64,000 nt of DNA from Mobula hypostoma (GCF_963921235.1 NC_086097.1:239694001-239758000); one strand, 5' to 3'. Counted from the first letter of the stretch, positions 46,885 to 59,081 are shown. Program-made: numbers and translations. The notes: a model not told the origin generated them from the letters alone.

Positions 46885-49502
46885 TATGGGTTGAGCTAAG
46901 GTATTGCAGGGACCCTGATGGCAGTTATTTATAGGCCTCCAAACAGCTGCAGGGATGTGGACTACAAATTACAACTGGAAATAGAAAAGGCTTGTCAGAA
47001 GGGCGGTGTTATGATAATTGTGGGGGATTTTAACACGCGAGTAGATTGGAAAAATCAGGTCGGCACTGGATCTCAAGAGAGAGAATTTGTAAAATGTCTG
47101 CGAGATGGCTTTTTAGAACAGCTTGTTGTTGAGCCCACTAGGGGACCGGCTGTACTGGATTGGGTATTGTGTAATGAACCGGAGGTGATTGGAGAGACTG
47201 AGGTGAAGGAACCCTTAGGAGGCAGTGATCATAACATGATTGAGTTCACTGTGAAATTAGAAAAAGAGAAGCCGAAATCTGATGTGTCGGTGTTTCAGTG
47301 GAGTAAAGGAAATTACAGTGGCGTAAGAAAGGAACTGGCCAAAGTTGACTGGAAAGAGACACTGGCGGGAAAGACGGCAGAGCAGCAGTGGCTGGAGTTT
47401 ATGCGAAAAATGAGGAAGGTGCAAGACAGGTATATTCCAAAAAAGAAGAAATTTTCGAGTGGAAAAAGGATGCAACCGTGGTTGACAAGAGAAGTCAAAG
47501 CCAAAGTTAAAGCAAAGGAGAGGACATACAAGGAAGCAAAAATTAGTGGGAAGACAGAGGATTGGGAAGTTTTTAAAACCTTACAAAAGGAAACCAAGAA
47601 GGTCATTAAGAGAGAAAAGATTAACTATGAAAGGAAACTAGCAAATAATATCAAAGAGGATACTAAAAGCTTTTTCAAGTATATAAAGAGTAAAAGACAG
47701 GTGAGAGTAGATATAGGGCCGATAGAAAATGATACTGGAGAAATTGTAATGGGAGATGAGGAGATGGCAGAGGAACTGAACAAGTATTTTGCATCAGTCT
47801 TCACTGAGGAAGACAGCAGGATACCGGTCACTCAAGGGTGGCAGGGAAGAGAAGTGTGCGCAGTCACAATTACGACAGAGAAAGTACTCAGGAAGCTGAA
47901 TAGGCTAAAGGTCAATAAATCTCCCGGACCAGATGGAATGCACCCTCGTGTTCTGAAGGAAGTAGCTGTGGAGACTGCGGAGGCATTAGCGATGATCTTT
48001 CAAAAGTCGTTAGATTCTGGCATGGTTCCGGAAGACTGGAAGATTGCAAATGTCACTCCGCTATTTAAGAAGGGGGCAAGGAAGCAAAAAGGAAATTATA
48101 GACCTGTTAGCTTGACGTCGGTGGTTGGGAAGTTGTTGGAGTCGATTGTCAAGGATGAGGTTACAGAGTACCTGGAGGCATATGACAAGATAGGCAGAAC
48201 TCAGCATGGATTCCTTAAAGGAAAATCCTGCCTGACAAACCTATTACAATTTTTTGAGGAAATTACCAGTAGGCTAGACAAGGGAGATGCAGTGGATGTT
48301 GTATATTTGGATTTTCAGAAGGCCTTTGACAAGGTGCCACACATGTGGCTACTTAACAAGATAAGAGCCCATGGAATTACGGGAGAGTTACATACGTGTA
48401 TAGAGCGTTGGCTGATTGGTAGGAAACAGAGAGTGGGAATAAAGGGATCCTATTCTGGTTGCCTGCCGGTTACCAGTGGTTTTCCACAGGGATCAGTTTT
48501 GGGGCCGCTTCTTTTTACATTGTACATCAACGATCTGGATTATGGAATAGATGGCTTTGTGGCTAAGTTTGCTGATGATACGAAGATAGGTGGAGGGGCC
48601 GGTAGTGCTGAGGAAATGGAGAGTCTGCAGAGAGACTTGGATAGATTGGAAAAATGGGCAGAGAAGTGGCAAATGAAGTACAATGTTGGAAAGTGTATGG
48701 TTATGCACTTTGGCAGAAAAAATAAACGGGCAGACTATTATTTAAATGGGGAAAGAATTCAAAGTTCTGAGATGCAACTGGACTTGGGAGTCCTCGTACA
48801 GGATTCCCTTAAAGTTAACCTCCAGGTTGAGTTAGTACTGAAGAAGGCGAATGCAATGTTGGCATTCATTTCTAGAGGAATAGAGTATAGGAGCAGGGAT
48901 GTGATGTTGAGGCTCTATAAGGCGCTGGTGAGACCTCATTTGGAGTACTGTGGGCAGTTTTGGTCTCCTTATTTAAGAAACGATGTGCTGACGTTGGAGA
49001 GGGTACAGAGAAGATTCACGAGAATGATTCCGGGAATGAGAGGGTTAACATATGAGGAATGTTTGTCCGCTCTTGGACTGTATTCCTTGGAGTTTAGAAG
49101 AATGAGGGGAGACCTCATAGAAACATTTCGAATGTTAAAAGGCATGGACAGAGTGGATGTGGCAAAGTTGTTTCCCATGATGGGGGAGTCTAGTACGAGA
49201 GGGCATGACTTCAGGATTGAAGGGCGTCCTTTCAGAACAGAAATGCGAAGAAATTTTTTTAGTCAGAGGGTGGTGAATCTATGGAATTTGTTGCCAAGGG
49301 CAGCAGTGGAGGCCAAGTTATTGGGCGTATTTAAGGCAGAGATTGATAGGTATCTGAGTAGCCAGGGCATCAAAGGTTATGGTGAGAAGGCGGGGTAGTG
49401 GGACTAAATAGGATAAAATGGATCAGCTCATGATAAAATGGCGGAGCAGACTTGATGGGCCGAATGGCCTACTTCTGCTCCTTTGTCTTATGGTCTTATG
49501 GT
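46885..49502 (+). mobile_element. 5'-truncated young CR1 LINE
   Basis: Contains the 826-aa ORF and a (TCTTATGG)n tail. Confidence 0.93.
46918..49398 (+). CDS. CR1 ORF2, uninterrupted 826 aa (APE C-terminal half + complete RT), N-terminally truncated
   Basis: IYRPPN, GDFN, SDH, YRPVSLTS, DFQKAFDKVPH, PQGSVLGP, FADD and FFSQRVVNLWN motifs. Confidence 0.85.
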   Translation: MAVIYRPPNSCRDVDYKLQLEIEKACQKGGVMIIVGDFNTRVDWKNQVGTGSQEREFVKCLRDGFLEQLVVEPTRGPAVLDWVLCNEPEVIGETEVKEPLGGSDHNMIEFTVKLEKEKPKSDVSVFQWSKGNYSGVRKELAKVDWKETLAGKTAEQQWLEFMRKMRKVQDRYIPKKKKFSSGKRMQPWLTREVKAKVKAKERTYKEAKISGKTEDWEVFKTLQKETKKVIKREKINYERKLANNIKEDTKSFFKYIKSKRQVRVDIGPIENDTGEIVMGDEEMAEELNKYFASVFTEEDSRIPVTQGWQGREVCAVTITTEKVLRKLNRLKVNKSPGPDGMHPRVLKEVAVETAEALAMIFQKSLDSGMVPEDWKIANVTPLFKKGARKQKGNYRPVSLTSVVGKLLESIVKDEVTEYLEAYDKIGRTQHGFLKGKSCLTNLLQFFEEITSRLDKGDAVDVVYLDFQKAFDKVPHMWLLNKIRAHGITGELHTCIERWLIGRKQRVGIKGSYSGCLPVTSGFPQGSVLGPLLFTLYINDLDYGIDGFVAKFADDTKIGGGAGSAEEMESLQRDLDRLEKWAEKWQMKYNVGKCMVMHFGRKNKRADYYLNGERIQSSEMQLDLGVLVQDSLKVNLQVELVLKKANAMLAFISRGIEYRSRDVMLRLYKALVRPHLEYCGQFWSPYLRNDVLTLERVQRRFTRMIPGMRGLTYEECLSALGLYSLEFRRMRGDLIETFRMLKGMDRVDVAKLFPMMGESSTRGHDFRIEGRPFRTEMRRNFFSQRVVNLWNLLPRAAVEAKLLGVFKAEIDRYLSSQGIKGYGEKAG

Positions 49503-49876
49503 ATCCAATACTTCTTGTAGGATTTTTCATTCAAATCCACCAAATTTTGTAGGATTTTCTATTACAAAGTGTGACCTGCTGGAAATCGTGAAAACAAAAT
49601 CAGTAACAATTTCCTGGAAGGCTCTTAAAGTGATCTCACCTTTATAGGAAGATATCAAGTGTCTTGCTCAGAATTAAAGCTGGTTCTGGAGGGAAAAGTT
49701 CACTCTCACAGATGAGCTTCCAACTATACAGAAATCATAGGCTGGAAATTTCTGCGCAGTTTTTTCCATACCTATGTATCAAAAAACACATGGGTTGTGA
49801 GGGGTTAATTATTGGTTACATTTTAAGGGAAAATGCAGTAGAGTGGATGTATGTGATCTTTGCTTTTGACTCTTCG

Positions 49877-50165
49877 GGCAGCCTTGTAGCACAGTGGATA
49901 GTGTGACCCTGTTGCAGTACCAGTGACCCCGAATTCAATTCCGCCACTGTCTGTGAGAAGTGTGTAGAGTACATTCTCTCTCTGTAACTGCCTGAGTTTC
50001 CTCCAGATGCTCTGGTTTCTACCCTTATTCCAAACACCTACAGGTTAGCGTTAGTGAGTTGTGGGCATGCTCTGATGGCGGTGACACTTGACAGTGCAAA
50101 ATAATGAAGCAAATGGCAATTTCACTGTAAGTTTCGATGTACATGTTAAATAAAGCTAATCTTTA
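49877..50165 (+). mobile_element. tRNA-derived V-SINE-like element
   Basis: A box TAGCACAGTGG, B box GAATTCAATTCC, core GTTTCCTCCAGATGCTCTGGTTTC. Confidence 0.65.
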
Positions 50166-50914
50166 AAGATCTTTAAATCTTTCTATAATCTCCAAACTCA
50201 AGGTAGGGTGAATTAATTTAAATGCTGGGGATGCCCTTGTGCCACAGTGTGTACAGTCAAACACTGTAAGTGAGAAGTGTTCTGCTGTCTTAGGGAAAAC
50301 AGAAAGGCAGAGTTCTGTTCAAACGTGATAAATTAGAGAATACTGCCGTATGACAGGATCGCAGTGTTTTTGCACATTAATCACTGAAGGCAAAGGTACA
50401 GAAGCATCAGGCTGTTAAGTTGGCAAGTGAATTGTTGGCATCTATTGGAAGGGATATTGAACACGTTATGGGAAGGGTCTTGATGAGACTACACCTGGAG
50501 TATATGCAGTTTTGATTTCCTTGCCTAACGAATGATATTCCCACTAAACAGAGAATGCAACAAAAGTTCGCTAAACTAGTTCACGCAATAATGGAACTGT
50601 TGTATCTGGAGAGATTGGATTGGCTAGGCCAGTGCTGACCGGACTTTAGAAGAATGAGAGAAGAGCCCGTTGAAATGTGTATAATCTCCCAGAAGTTTCA
50701 CTACATGCTCTTCACTGTTCTCACTGCTGTTCAGCTTGGTATCAAGAGCAAGCCAGGTAGGACAGTTGGGCTGAGAGGAAAATTGGATCAGCCATGATTA
50801 AATGGCAGAGCAGACCTGATGGGCTAAATGGCCTAATACAGTTCCTATATCTTATCGTCTTCTGGACATCGTTCTTCTTGTACTCAATAAAGATCAATAT
50901 GCTGCTTCCTTTGC

Positions 50915-51320
50915 AACACACTGGAAATGCTGGAGGAGCTCAGCAGGTCAGCCAGCATTGATGGAGAGGAATAAACACTCACTTTTCATGCTGAGACCTT
51001 TCAACAGGACTGCAAAGGAGTGGGAAGAAACCAGATAAGAAGTTGGGTGGGGGGGAAGGGAAGGAGTACAAACTGGTAAATCAGAATCAGAATCAGGTTC
51101 ATTATCACCAGCATGTGACGTGAAATTTGTTAACTTAGGTGAAGCCAGGTGAGGGGGAAGGTAGACGGTTGGGGAGGAGGGAGGGTGAAGTCAGAAGCTG
51201 AGAGGTGGTAGGTGGAAGAGGTAAAGGGCCAAAGAAGAAGGAATCTGATTGGAGAGAACAGTAGGCCATGGGTGAAAGGAGAGGAGGTGGAGTACCAGGA
51301 GAGCAGAGCAACAGAGAGAA
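50915..51320 (-). mobile_element. Degraded Penelope 3' UTR (tail-less end)
   Basis: ATGCTGGAGGAGCTCAGCAGG, a decayed hammerhead at about 50975-51012, then a purine-rich UTR. Confidence 0.6.
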
Positions 51321-51890
51321 CAAGCACACAGAAAGTAACGTCCTAATCAGCACAGTGTAAAACGCACAGGAGGTAAATTAGAGCTAGGCGCTTTGTTCAC
51401 TGGTTTGTATTGTTAGTGGGTAAAATTAGTGATTCAGTGTTAGGTAAATAACTGGAAATTAAAAGAACAATACTTAAATCATATTTGTTTGACATGGCTG
51501 ACAAGAAAATTAGATGAATTAGACAGCAAGGCAACAAAGATTATTAGCATAACAGATGGAGCAGGAAATAGAACCCCCAGGCATCATGTATAGTTGCATA
51601 TGTTAATCATGGAATAGTAGGAGGAAGCAGAGATCGGTGACTTTGATTGGAGATTAAACTGAAGCCTGGGTTGCAAAGTCAAGGTAGGGGTTGTAGGCAG
51701 CACGAGTTGATTAAGGGGTAGCTTTGGAGGTTCGGGGAGCTGTACCTGCCCTCTTTGTGTCTCCACCAACCCCAACTGTGCAGGTCCCGAAGTACTATAG
51801 TTCAAACATCTCTGAGAGGACACGTCAGTGTTGCTTCTCATTAGTTGGACTTGTTCTAGAAAGCCCTTGCTTAAACAGCATTACTGTGGA

Positions 51891-52064
51891 ACACAGTGCT
51901 GGACCAGCTCAGCAGTTCAGGCAGTATCTGTGGAGGGAGATGGTCCATTGACATTTTACCTGTAACCTTTCATCTGGACAGTCCAGATCAAGGGCCTCAA
52001 CCAAAACAACGATTGTCCATTTGCCGCCATAGACGCTGGCTCATCTGTTGAGTTTCTCCAGCAT
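51891..52064. mobile_element. Old fold-back Penelope mini-insertion
   Basis: Inverted arms centred on ATCTGGAC-A-GTCCAGAT (51972-51988), with decayed hammerheads on both arms. Confidence 0.6.
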
Positions 52065-52247
52065 AAGACCATACATAAGAACATGTAAACAAAATTTGCA
52101 AATTTGGCCCATTGAGTCTGCTCCATCACTCCATCATAGCTGATTTATTATTCCTCTCAATCTCATTCTCCTGCCTTCTCCCTGTATCTTATTTGTTGCC
52201 CCTTATTCTAGCACTTGCGGTCTATTATTACTGTCTCCCTGTTACAG

Positions 52248-52353
52248 AGCAGGTCCCTTTTTGGGGGAAAAATCCACTTTCCAGTGAAACATTCCAAAGG
52301 AATGTCATTCTATGTGCAAAATCACACTAACCCTGAAAAGGAGTTTGTGTCAG
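52248..52353 (+). other. Candidate 106-nt exon (SRSLFGGKIHFPVKHSKGMSFYVQNHTNPEKEFVS)
   Basis: CTGTCTCCCTGTTACAG| acceptor and CAG|GTAAGA donor. One open frame, peptide not recognised. Confidence 0.2.
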
Positions 52354-53199
52354 GTAAGAGCAGGTATATTTTCTCAAATAGCACCATTCAAGCCAGAACT
52401 ACCTACAAATACTGACATCAGGAACGTTGAGGTACTTAACACCGGAAATAACATGCTACCAATCTGACTTTCAAGGTCTCTGTGCTTGCTGTAGTGATAT
52501 TAGTGAGGATTTGTCAGGAGCATGAAGCTTGAGTAGTGGTATTGTGATCTCTCGAGTCGAGCATGAAGTTCTCCAAAAGGGTTGTCTATTGGTTGTCCTC
52601 AGGTTGCTGTACAGACTGATTTGCGATCGATATAACCAGGGTGTTAGGGTAGATTCCCTTAATAGAGAATACATTTGGAAAGGCTGATACAGTACATGGG
52701 CAGCTACAACACAGTCCTCGACAGATCGGGGTCATGGCCCAGTGGTATGGCTCATAAGAGGACTGGGGACCATTCACTGCTACAGTCTTCCTCCACCTTC
52801 ACTGCCACTGTGATGTGTTGTCATCTTCCACCAGCTCCACTGCTGAGGTCTGTTTGGATTACTTATTGTCCGGAACCTCCCCTTTGATCTTAACACCATG
52901 GGTGACCGTACCAAGAGCTAAGCACCAGATGGCTAAACTCCCGATGGAATCGCTCTTGGGATCTCAGAAGCCCACAAGAATCCTCACCATGGCAAGGTGA
53001 CCAATCCTTGAAGAAGTAAGCTCTAATATGACATGGTTATTGAACTTTTCCCTCTGCCTGCTCCTTCTATTTCTGGCAGAATTGAGTTGCTGTGATGTTC
53101 CAGACTTCTATGCTCGTGCACTGAAATACCGTATTACAGAATTTGTTGGAGGTCTAGTGATGGGGCGTTTGAGCTTAGCACTCATTCAAGTATGAATCT

Positions 53200-53274
53200 C
53201 AAACAAGAGAAAATCTGCAGATGCTGGAAATCCAAGCAACCCACACAATTCGTCCAGCATTTTGTGTGCGTTTC
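53200..53274. mobile_element. 75-bp fold-back Penelope micro-insertion
   Basis: Tail and CACACAA on the left, TCCAGCATTTTGTGTG on the right. 14-bp TSD TCAAGTATGAATCT (53186-53199 / 53275-53288). Confidence 0.85.
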
Positions 53275-53369
53275 TCAAGTATGAATCTATTATGTACTGA
53301 GTCAAGGGAGAGATGGATTTCAAATCCAGCCCCTCCATAAACAGGTAAATGTGCATATGATTCAGGTTT

Positions 53370-54460
53370 GACCATAAGACCATAAGATATAGGAGCAGAA
53401 TTAGGCCATTGAGTCTGCTCTGCCATTTCATCATGGCTGATCCAAATTTTCTCTCAGCCCCAATCTCCCATCTTCTCCCCATATCGCTTCATCCCCTGAC
53501 CAATCAAGAATTTATCAACTTCTGCCTTAAATTTACATAAAGACGACCTCCACAGCTGCCTGTGACAAAGAATTACACAGGTTCACCACTGTCTGGCTAA
53601 AGAAATTCCTCCCCATTTCCGTTCTAAAAGGCACCCTTTATTCCGAGGCTGTGCACTTTTGTACTAGACTCCCCCATCATAGGAAACATCCTCTCCACAT
53701 TCACTCTGTCGAGGTGTTTTACCATTCACCCCTCACGAGATAACCTCTCATTCTTCTGAATCCAAGTGAATACAGGACCAGATCCATCAAACACTCTTCA
53801 TATAACAAACTATTCAATTTTGGAATCATTTTCATTTGGAAACAGAATAGTTCTCATTTCATCTACAAAACATTTTGTCCCATATATTTTTCATTTTATT
53901 TATTCTATTGGAAAATTGGGAGCAATTTCCATCCCCTTATCAAATATAGGATGTACTGGCACTGCAGAGGGTCCAGCGTAGAATCACGAAAATGATCCTG
54001 GGAATGAACAGATTAGCATACAAGGAACATTTGATTGTTCAGGGGCCTGTACTCACTGGAATTTAGAAGAATGAGGAGGGATCTCATTGAAATCTATTGA
54101 AAATTGGAAGGCTTAGAGAGAGTGGATATGGAGAGGATGTTTCCTACAGTGGGGGAGTACAGGACCAGAGGGCACAACTGCAGAATAGAACGATGTTCCT
54201 TTAAAACAGAGTTGAGGAGGAATTTCTTAGCTAGAGGGTGGGTGAATTTCCTGTCACAGATGGCTATGGATGTCATGTCATTGGGTATATTGAAAGCGGA
54301 TATTGATAGGTTCTTGATTAGCAAGGGCATGAAAGGTTATGGGGAGAAAGCAGGTGAGTGGGGTTGAGAGGGAAAATAAATCAGCCATGATGGGATGGTG
54401 GAACAGACTTGATGGGCCAAATGGCATAACTCTGCTCTGATATCCTATGGTTTTATGCTC
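53370..54460. mobile_element. Two degraded CR1 3' fragments (minus 53370-53830, plus 53960-54460)
   Basis: (CATAAGAC)n tail on the left copy; ORF 54104-54367 in the right copy. Confidence 0.75.
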
Positions 54461-54626
54461 CTATTTGACCTGATTCATCTTGCTCACAGTCAAGAAAGTC
54501 TGGCATTACAATATGCATCTTCAGTGTCAATCAAGGATAAGCCATTGAGTCTTGAATTATAAAATTACTATCCGGCAAGATTTCATTTTCATGTGAATTA
54601 GAATCAGTTCTGATATCACTGGTATA

Positions 54627-55347
54627 TAGAAACATAGAAACATAGAAAATAGGTGCAGGAGTAGGCCATTCGGCCCTTCGAGCCTGCACCGCCATTTATT
54701 ATGATCATGGCTGATCATCCAACTCAGAACCCAGCCTTCCCTCCATACCCCCTGACCCCTGTAGCCACAAGGGCCATATCTAACTTCCTTTTAAACATAG
54801 CTAATGAACTGGCCTCAACAGTTTGCTGTGGCAGAGAATTCCACAGATTCACCACTCTCTGTGTGAAGAAGTTTTTCCTAACCTCGGTCCTAAAAGGCTT
54901 CCCCTCTATCCTCAAACTGTGACCCCTCGTTCTAGACCTCCCCAACATCGGGAACAATCTTCCCGCATCTAGCCTGTCCAATCCCTTTAGGATCTTATAC
55001 GTTTCAATCAGATCCCCCCTCAATCTTCTAAATTCCAACGAGTACAAGCCCAGTTCATCCAGTCTTTCTTCATATGAAAGACCTGCCATCCCAGGAATCA
55101 ATCTGGTGAACCTTCTTTGTACTCCCTCTATGGCAAAGATGTCTTTCCTCAGATTAGGGGACCAAAACTGCACACAATACTCCAGGTGTGGTCTCACCAA
55201 GGCCTTGTACAACTGCAGTAGTACCTCCCTGCTCCTGTACTCGAATCCTCTCGCTATAAATGCCAGCATACCGTTCGCCTTTTTCACCGCCTGCTGTACC
55301 TGCATGCCCACTTTCAATGACTGGTGTATAATGACACCCAGGTCTCG
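54627..55347 (-). mobile_element. Young CR1 3' fragment
   Basis: CR1 part of ORF 54724-55533 (RPHLEYCVQFWSP) with (CATAGAAA)n tail. Confidence 0.92.
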
Positions 55348-56143
55348 TTTTGTGGTAGCGGTACATTGTAGTACATTAGCAATAAAATTATAAATTACAA
55401 TAAAAAGCATATATAACAAATAAATTAAATAAGTATTGCAAAAAGAGAGGAGAAGAATATTGATGCAGTGTTCATGCGTTCTTTGCCCATTCAGAAACCA
55501 ATGAACAAAAAAGAACACACTATGCAAATACAAAAGGAAAAAAAAAGAAATAATAATAATAAATAAGCAACATATATATTGAGAAATTGAGATGAAGAAT
55601 CCTTAAAATTTAAGGCATAGGTTGTGAGAACAGGTCAATGATGCGGTGAGTGAGGCTGAGCGAAGTTGAGTGAAGTTTTATCCCCAGTGGTTTAAGAGCC
55701 TGATGGTTGAGGGGTATAACTGTTCCTGGACTTGGTGGTGTGGGACCTAAGTCTCCCATACCTTATTCCTGATAGCAGGAGCGAGTAGAGAGCATGGCGT
55801 GGATGGTGGGGATCACTGGAGGTGGACGTTGTTTGCCTGTGACAGCGCTCCGTGTAGATGTGTTCAAAGGTGGTGAGGACTAGGAGCCTGATGTTTGAAA
55901 TGTAATAACTGTGGGACCTAAGGCTTCTGTACCTCCTTCCAGATGCAGCAGTGATCAATAATGTTTACAAAAAGTTAAATAGTGTTTCACTTAAAAAAAT
56001 TAAATATTGAAATCATAAGTTTAAAACCTAGTTTGAAGTTCGAGTATATTTATTACCTAAGTACATATATGTCACCATATACAATCCTGAGATTCATTTT
56101 CTTGAGGGCATTTACAGGAAACGCAAGGGAACACAGTGGAATC

Positions 56144-56620
56144 TGTCAGAGTGTTTGGATATGGCCTAAGTGCAAGACTGAGACACTGAAGTGGGTTGAC
56201 AGTTCACTGACTTGAATGAGAAATGTTCCAGAATTTAAAGGAAAAGAAAAACAATAAACCAAAGTCCAACAGGGCCGTCAGCTAAAATTCTCAAACTGAA
56301 AGCTAAATGCCAGCACTATGGCTGGAAGCAATAATTAAATACTAAACGAATACCGCTCCTTGACTGTCAGTCAAAATGGCAGTCTTCTTTCTTGGTCAAG
56401 GTAAGCAGGGAGCGTACACATTGCTATGCTTTTGGTCAAGTCGCAGCAAGACTAGAATGAAAAGGAGTGAGTTAAAACCCACCATAATGAAACGCTGACT
56501 ATGGTGTTTCATAACCTGATTAGGTGGAGCACGCATACTCACGAGCGTGATTGCCGAACTTGTTCCGTAGCCCACCTGCATGGGCACGTAAACCTTGCAG
56601 CATGGTCCATGGTTGTGAGA
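56144..56620 (-). mobile_element. Solo LTR (477 bp)
   Basis: TGTCA...TGAGA (terminal TGACA apparently mutated) with GGAATC duplicated (56138-56143 / 56621-56626). Strand inferred from similarity to 57641. Confidence 0.65.
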
Positions 56621-56739
56621 GGAATCAATGAAAAACTGCTAACAAAAAGACAGATAAACAACCAATGTGCAAAAGACACCAGACTGTGCAAACACAAAAG
56701 GAAAATAAAGCAAGAGAATAATATTAAATAAATAATATT

Positions 56740-57285
56740 TGGAATCCTATTCTGATTGGTTGCCAGTTACTAGTGGTGTTCCACAGGGGTCGGTGTTGGG
56801 GCCGCTTCTTTTTACAATGTATATCGATGATTTAGGTTATGGATTAAATAGCTTTGTGGCTAAGTTTGTAGATGACACCAAGGTAGGTGGGGGAGCAGGA
56901 AGTGTTGAAGAAACGGAAAGGTTGCAGAGAGACTTGGTCAGTTTAGGAGAGTGGGCAAAGAAATAGCAGATGATATACAATGTTGAGAAATGTACGGTTG
57001 TACATTTCGGAAGAAGAAATAATCGGGCAGATTATTATTTAGATGGGGAGAAAATTCAAAAATTGGAAGTGCAAAGGGACTTGGGGGTCCTCATGCAGGA
57101 TACCCTAAAGGTTAACCACCAAGTTGGATCGGCAGTAAGGAAAGCAAATGCTATATTGGCATTTATTTCAAGAGGAATAGTGTATGAGAGTAAGGAGGTG
57201 TTGATGAGGCTCTATGGGGCAGTGGTGAGACCTCATTTGGAATACTGTGTGCAGTTTTGTGCCCCCTATCTTAGAAGGGATGTAA
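56740..57285 (+). pseudogene. Internal CR1 RT fragment
   Basis: GVPQGSVLGP..FVDD in ORFs 56739-56966 and 56970-57320. Confidence 0.85.
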
Positions 57286-57640
57286 TACTAGCAAACAACC
57301 AATTTGCAATAGATGACTAATCAACAAGTAATAACAAAGTAAATACATTTTACTGAGAACATAAGACCATAAGACCATAAGCTATAGGAGCAGAATTAGG
57401 ATATTTGGCCCATCAAGTCTGCTCTGCCATTTCATCATGGCTAATCTAATTCTCCTCTCAGCCCCAGTCTTCTGCCTTCCCCCCCATATCCCTCCATGCC
57501 CTGACCAATCAAGGATCTATCAATCCCTGCCTTAAATATACATAAATACTTGGCTTCCACAGCTGCCTGTGGCAAAGAATTCCACAGATTCACCACTCTC
57601 TGGCTAAAGAAATTCCTCCATATCCATTCTAAAAGGATAC

Positions 57641-59081
57641 TGTCACAGTTGTGGGGTACTGGGAGCAAGGGTGGACCCAAGTGCAAGACACATCTTGTGA
57701 GGTTAATTAAATTAAATTTATTGTTCGATATCAGGAGAGCTAGGCAGGAGCAGGAGTAGCAAACTGGACAAGGACTGAGGACTACGACTAGGCTGGGACC
57801 AAGGGTCTGGGCTAGGACTCGGAATTGGCTCCCAGAACTAGAGGAGACATGAAGAGGCTAGGGTATGGACTCCGAGCCAGAGACTGGGCAAGGACCCAGT
57901 ACCTGGGTCTTGCCTCAGGCTCGGAACCCAGAACCAGGCATGGACATGACATGGGCTAGGAAGAGGAGGAACATGGGAACATAGAGCCTCGGTCTCGGGA
58001 GAGCAGGTACATGGAACCATGGACACATACATAGAACACAGAGTCCGGACCCCTCCTTGGGTACAGGACATAGGGCCAGGACTCACACACAGAACAGAGA
58101 GCCGGGACCCCTCCTTGGGTACAGGACATAGGGCCGGGGCCGGGACTCATGACCCTCCGCGGGGCAACGGCAAGACGGCCTGACTTACCCCACGGAGGTG
58201 AGGACAGGACAAGACATGACTCCTCGCGGGGCAATGGCAAGACAGCCAGACCTTCCCCCACGGAGGCGAGGACCAGACAAGACAAAACATGACCCCGCGG
58301 AGCAACGGCAAGACGGCCTGACTTACCCCACGGAGGCGAGAACAAGACAGGACAAGTCCAACACGAATGAACACCAGACAAGACCTATCTAGCTCCGGCG
58401 ATGGAACTAGACTGAATTACATGCAGGGGCTGCAGACAAGGGCTAGAGACGAGAGGGGCAGAGAAGGGATTCAGACAAGGGGGTAGGACAGGAATTACAG
58501 ACCGCCAGGGGCAGGACTTGACTCAGAACTGGGAAGCTGCCAGGACCAGGATTTGACTTGGTGCTTGAATGCCGCCAGGACCAGGACTTGAATTGGTGCT
58601 TGAATGCCGTCAGGGCCAGGACTTGACTTGGTGCTAGAACACCGCCAGAGCAGGACTTGACTTGGAGCCTCTGGGTAGTGGTGAGCTCTCGACTCAGCCC
58701 GGGAACAGTAGACAGCGGTTCTTTATTCCCTCCGGCAGGTTAACTGACGGACCCACCTCGGTGAAGAAACTTTGCAGGCTCGCTTTGGCGAGGTAACTGG
58801 ACAGGGTTGCTCCGGTGAGGAGAGGTAAATTACCGGCACTCACTTCGGCAGAGACTAGGCTTGCTCCGGCCAGATGACATCGGCACACCGTACCTTAGAT
58901 GACTTTGCAGACGCTCCCACGCCAAACAGCTGAAAGCCGGAGACTATAAACTACCGGTTCAGCTGAGTGTTAATTGCCTGTAATCACCAAAGTCGAGGGA
59001 CACGGGAAAAAAGGGAATCAACAGTCCGGATCGTAACATAAACAAGGTAAATTTAAAGGGACCCTGATCCGGACCATGACA
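57641..59081 (-). mobile_element. Long solo LTR (1441 bp, Gypsy-like) with internal minisatellites
   Basis: TGTCA...TGACA termini and 5-bp TSD GATAC (57636-57640 / 59082-59086). Minus-strand AATAAA near 57717-57722. Inserted in a CR1 remnant. Confidence 0.85.

Noticed and set aside
49640..49685. Minus-strand 46-nt exon-like segment (CTTTTCCCTCCAG..AAG|GTGAGA)
   Set aside because: All three frames contain stops. It could only be non-coding and has no further support.
54724..55533. 269-aa ORF with a novel-looking N-terminus
   Set aside because: Chance read-through from flanking AT-rich repeat sequence into a truncated CR1 ORF2.
58503..58665. ~36-bp repeats resembling a CRISPR array
   Set aside because: Units are directly tandem without unique spacers, lie inside a TSD-bounded LTR, and there are no cas genes in this eukaryotic context.
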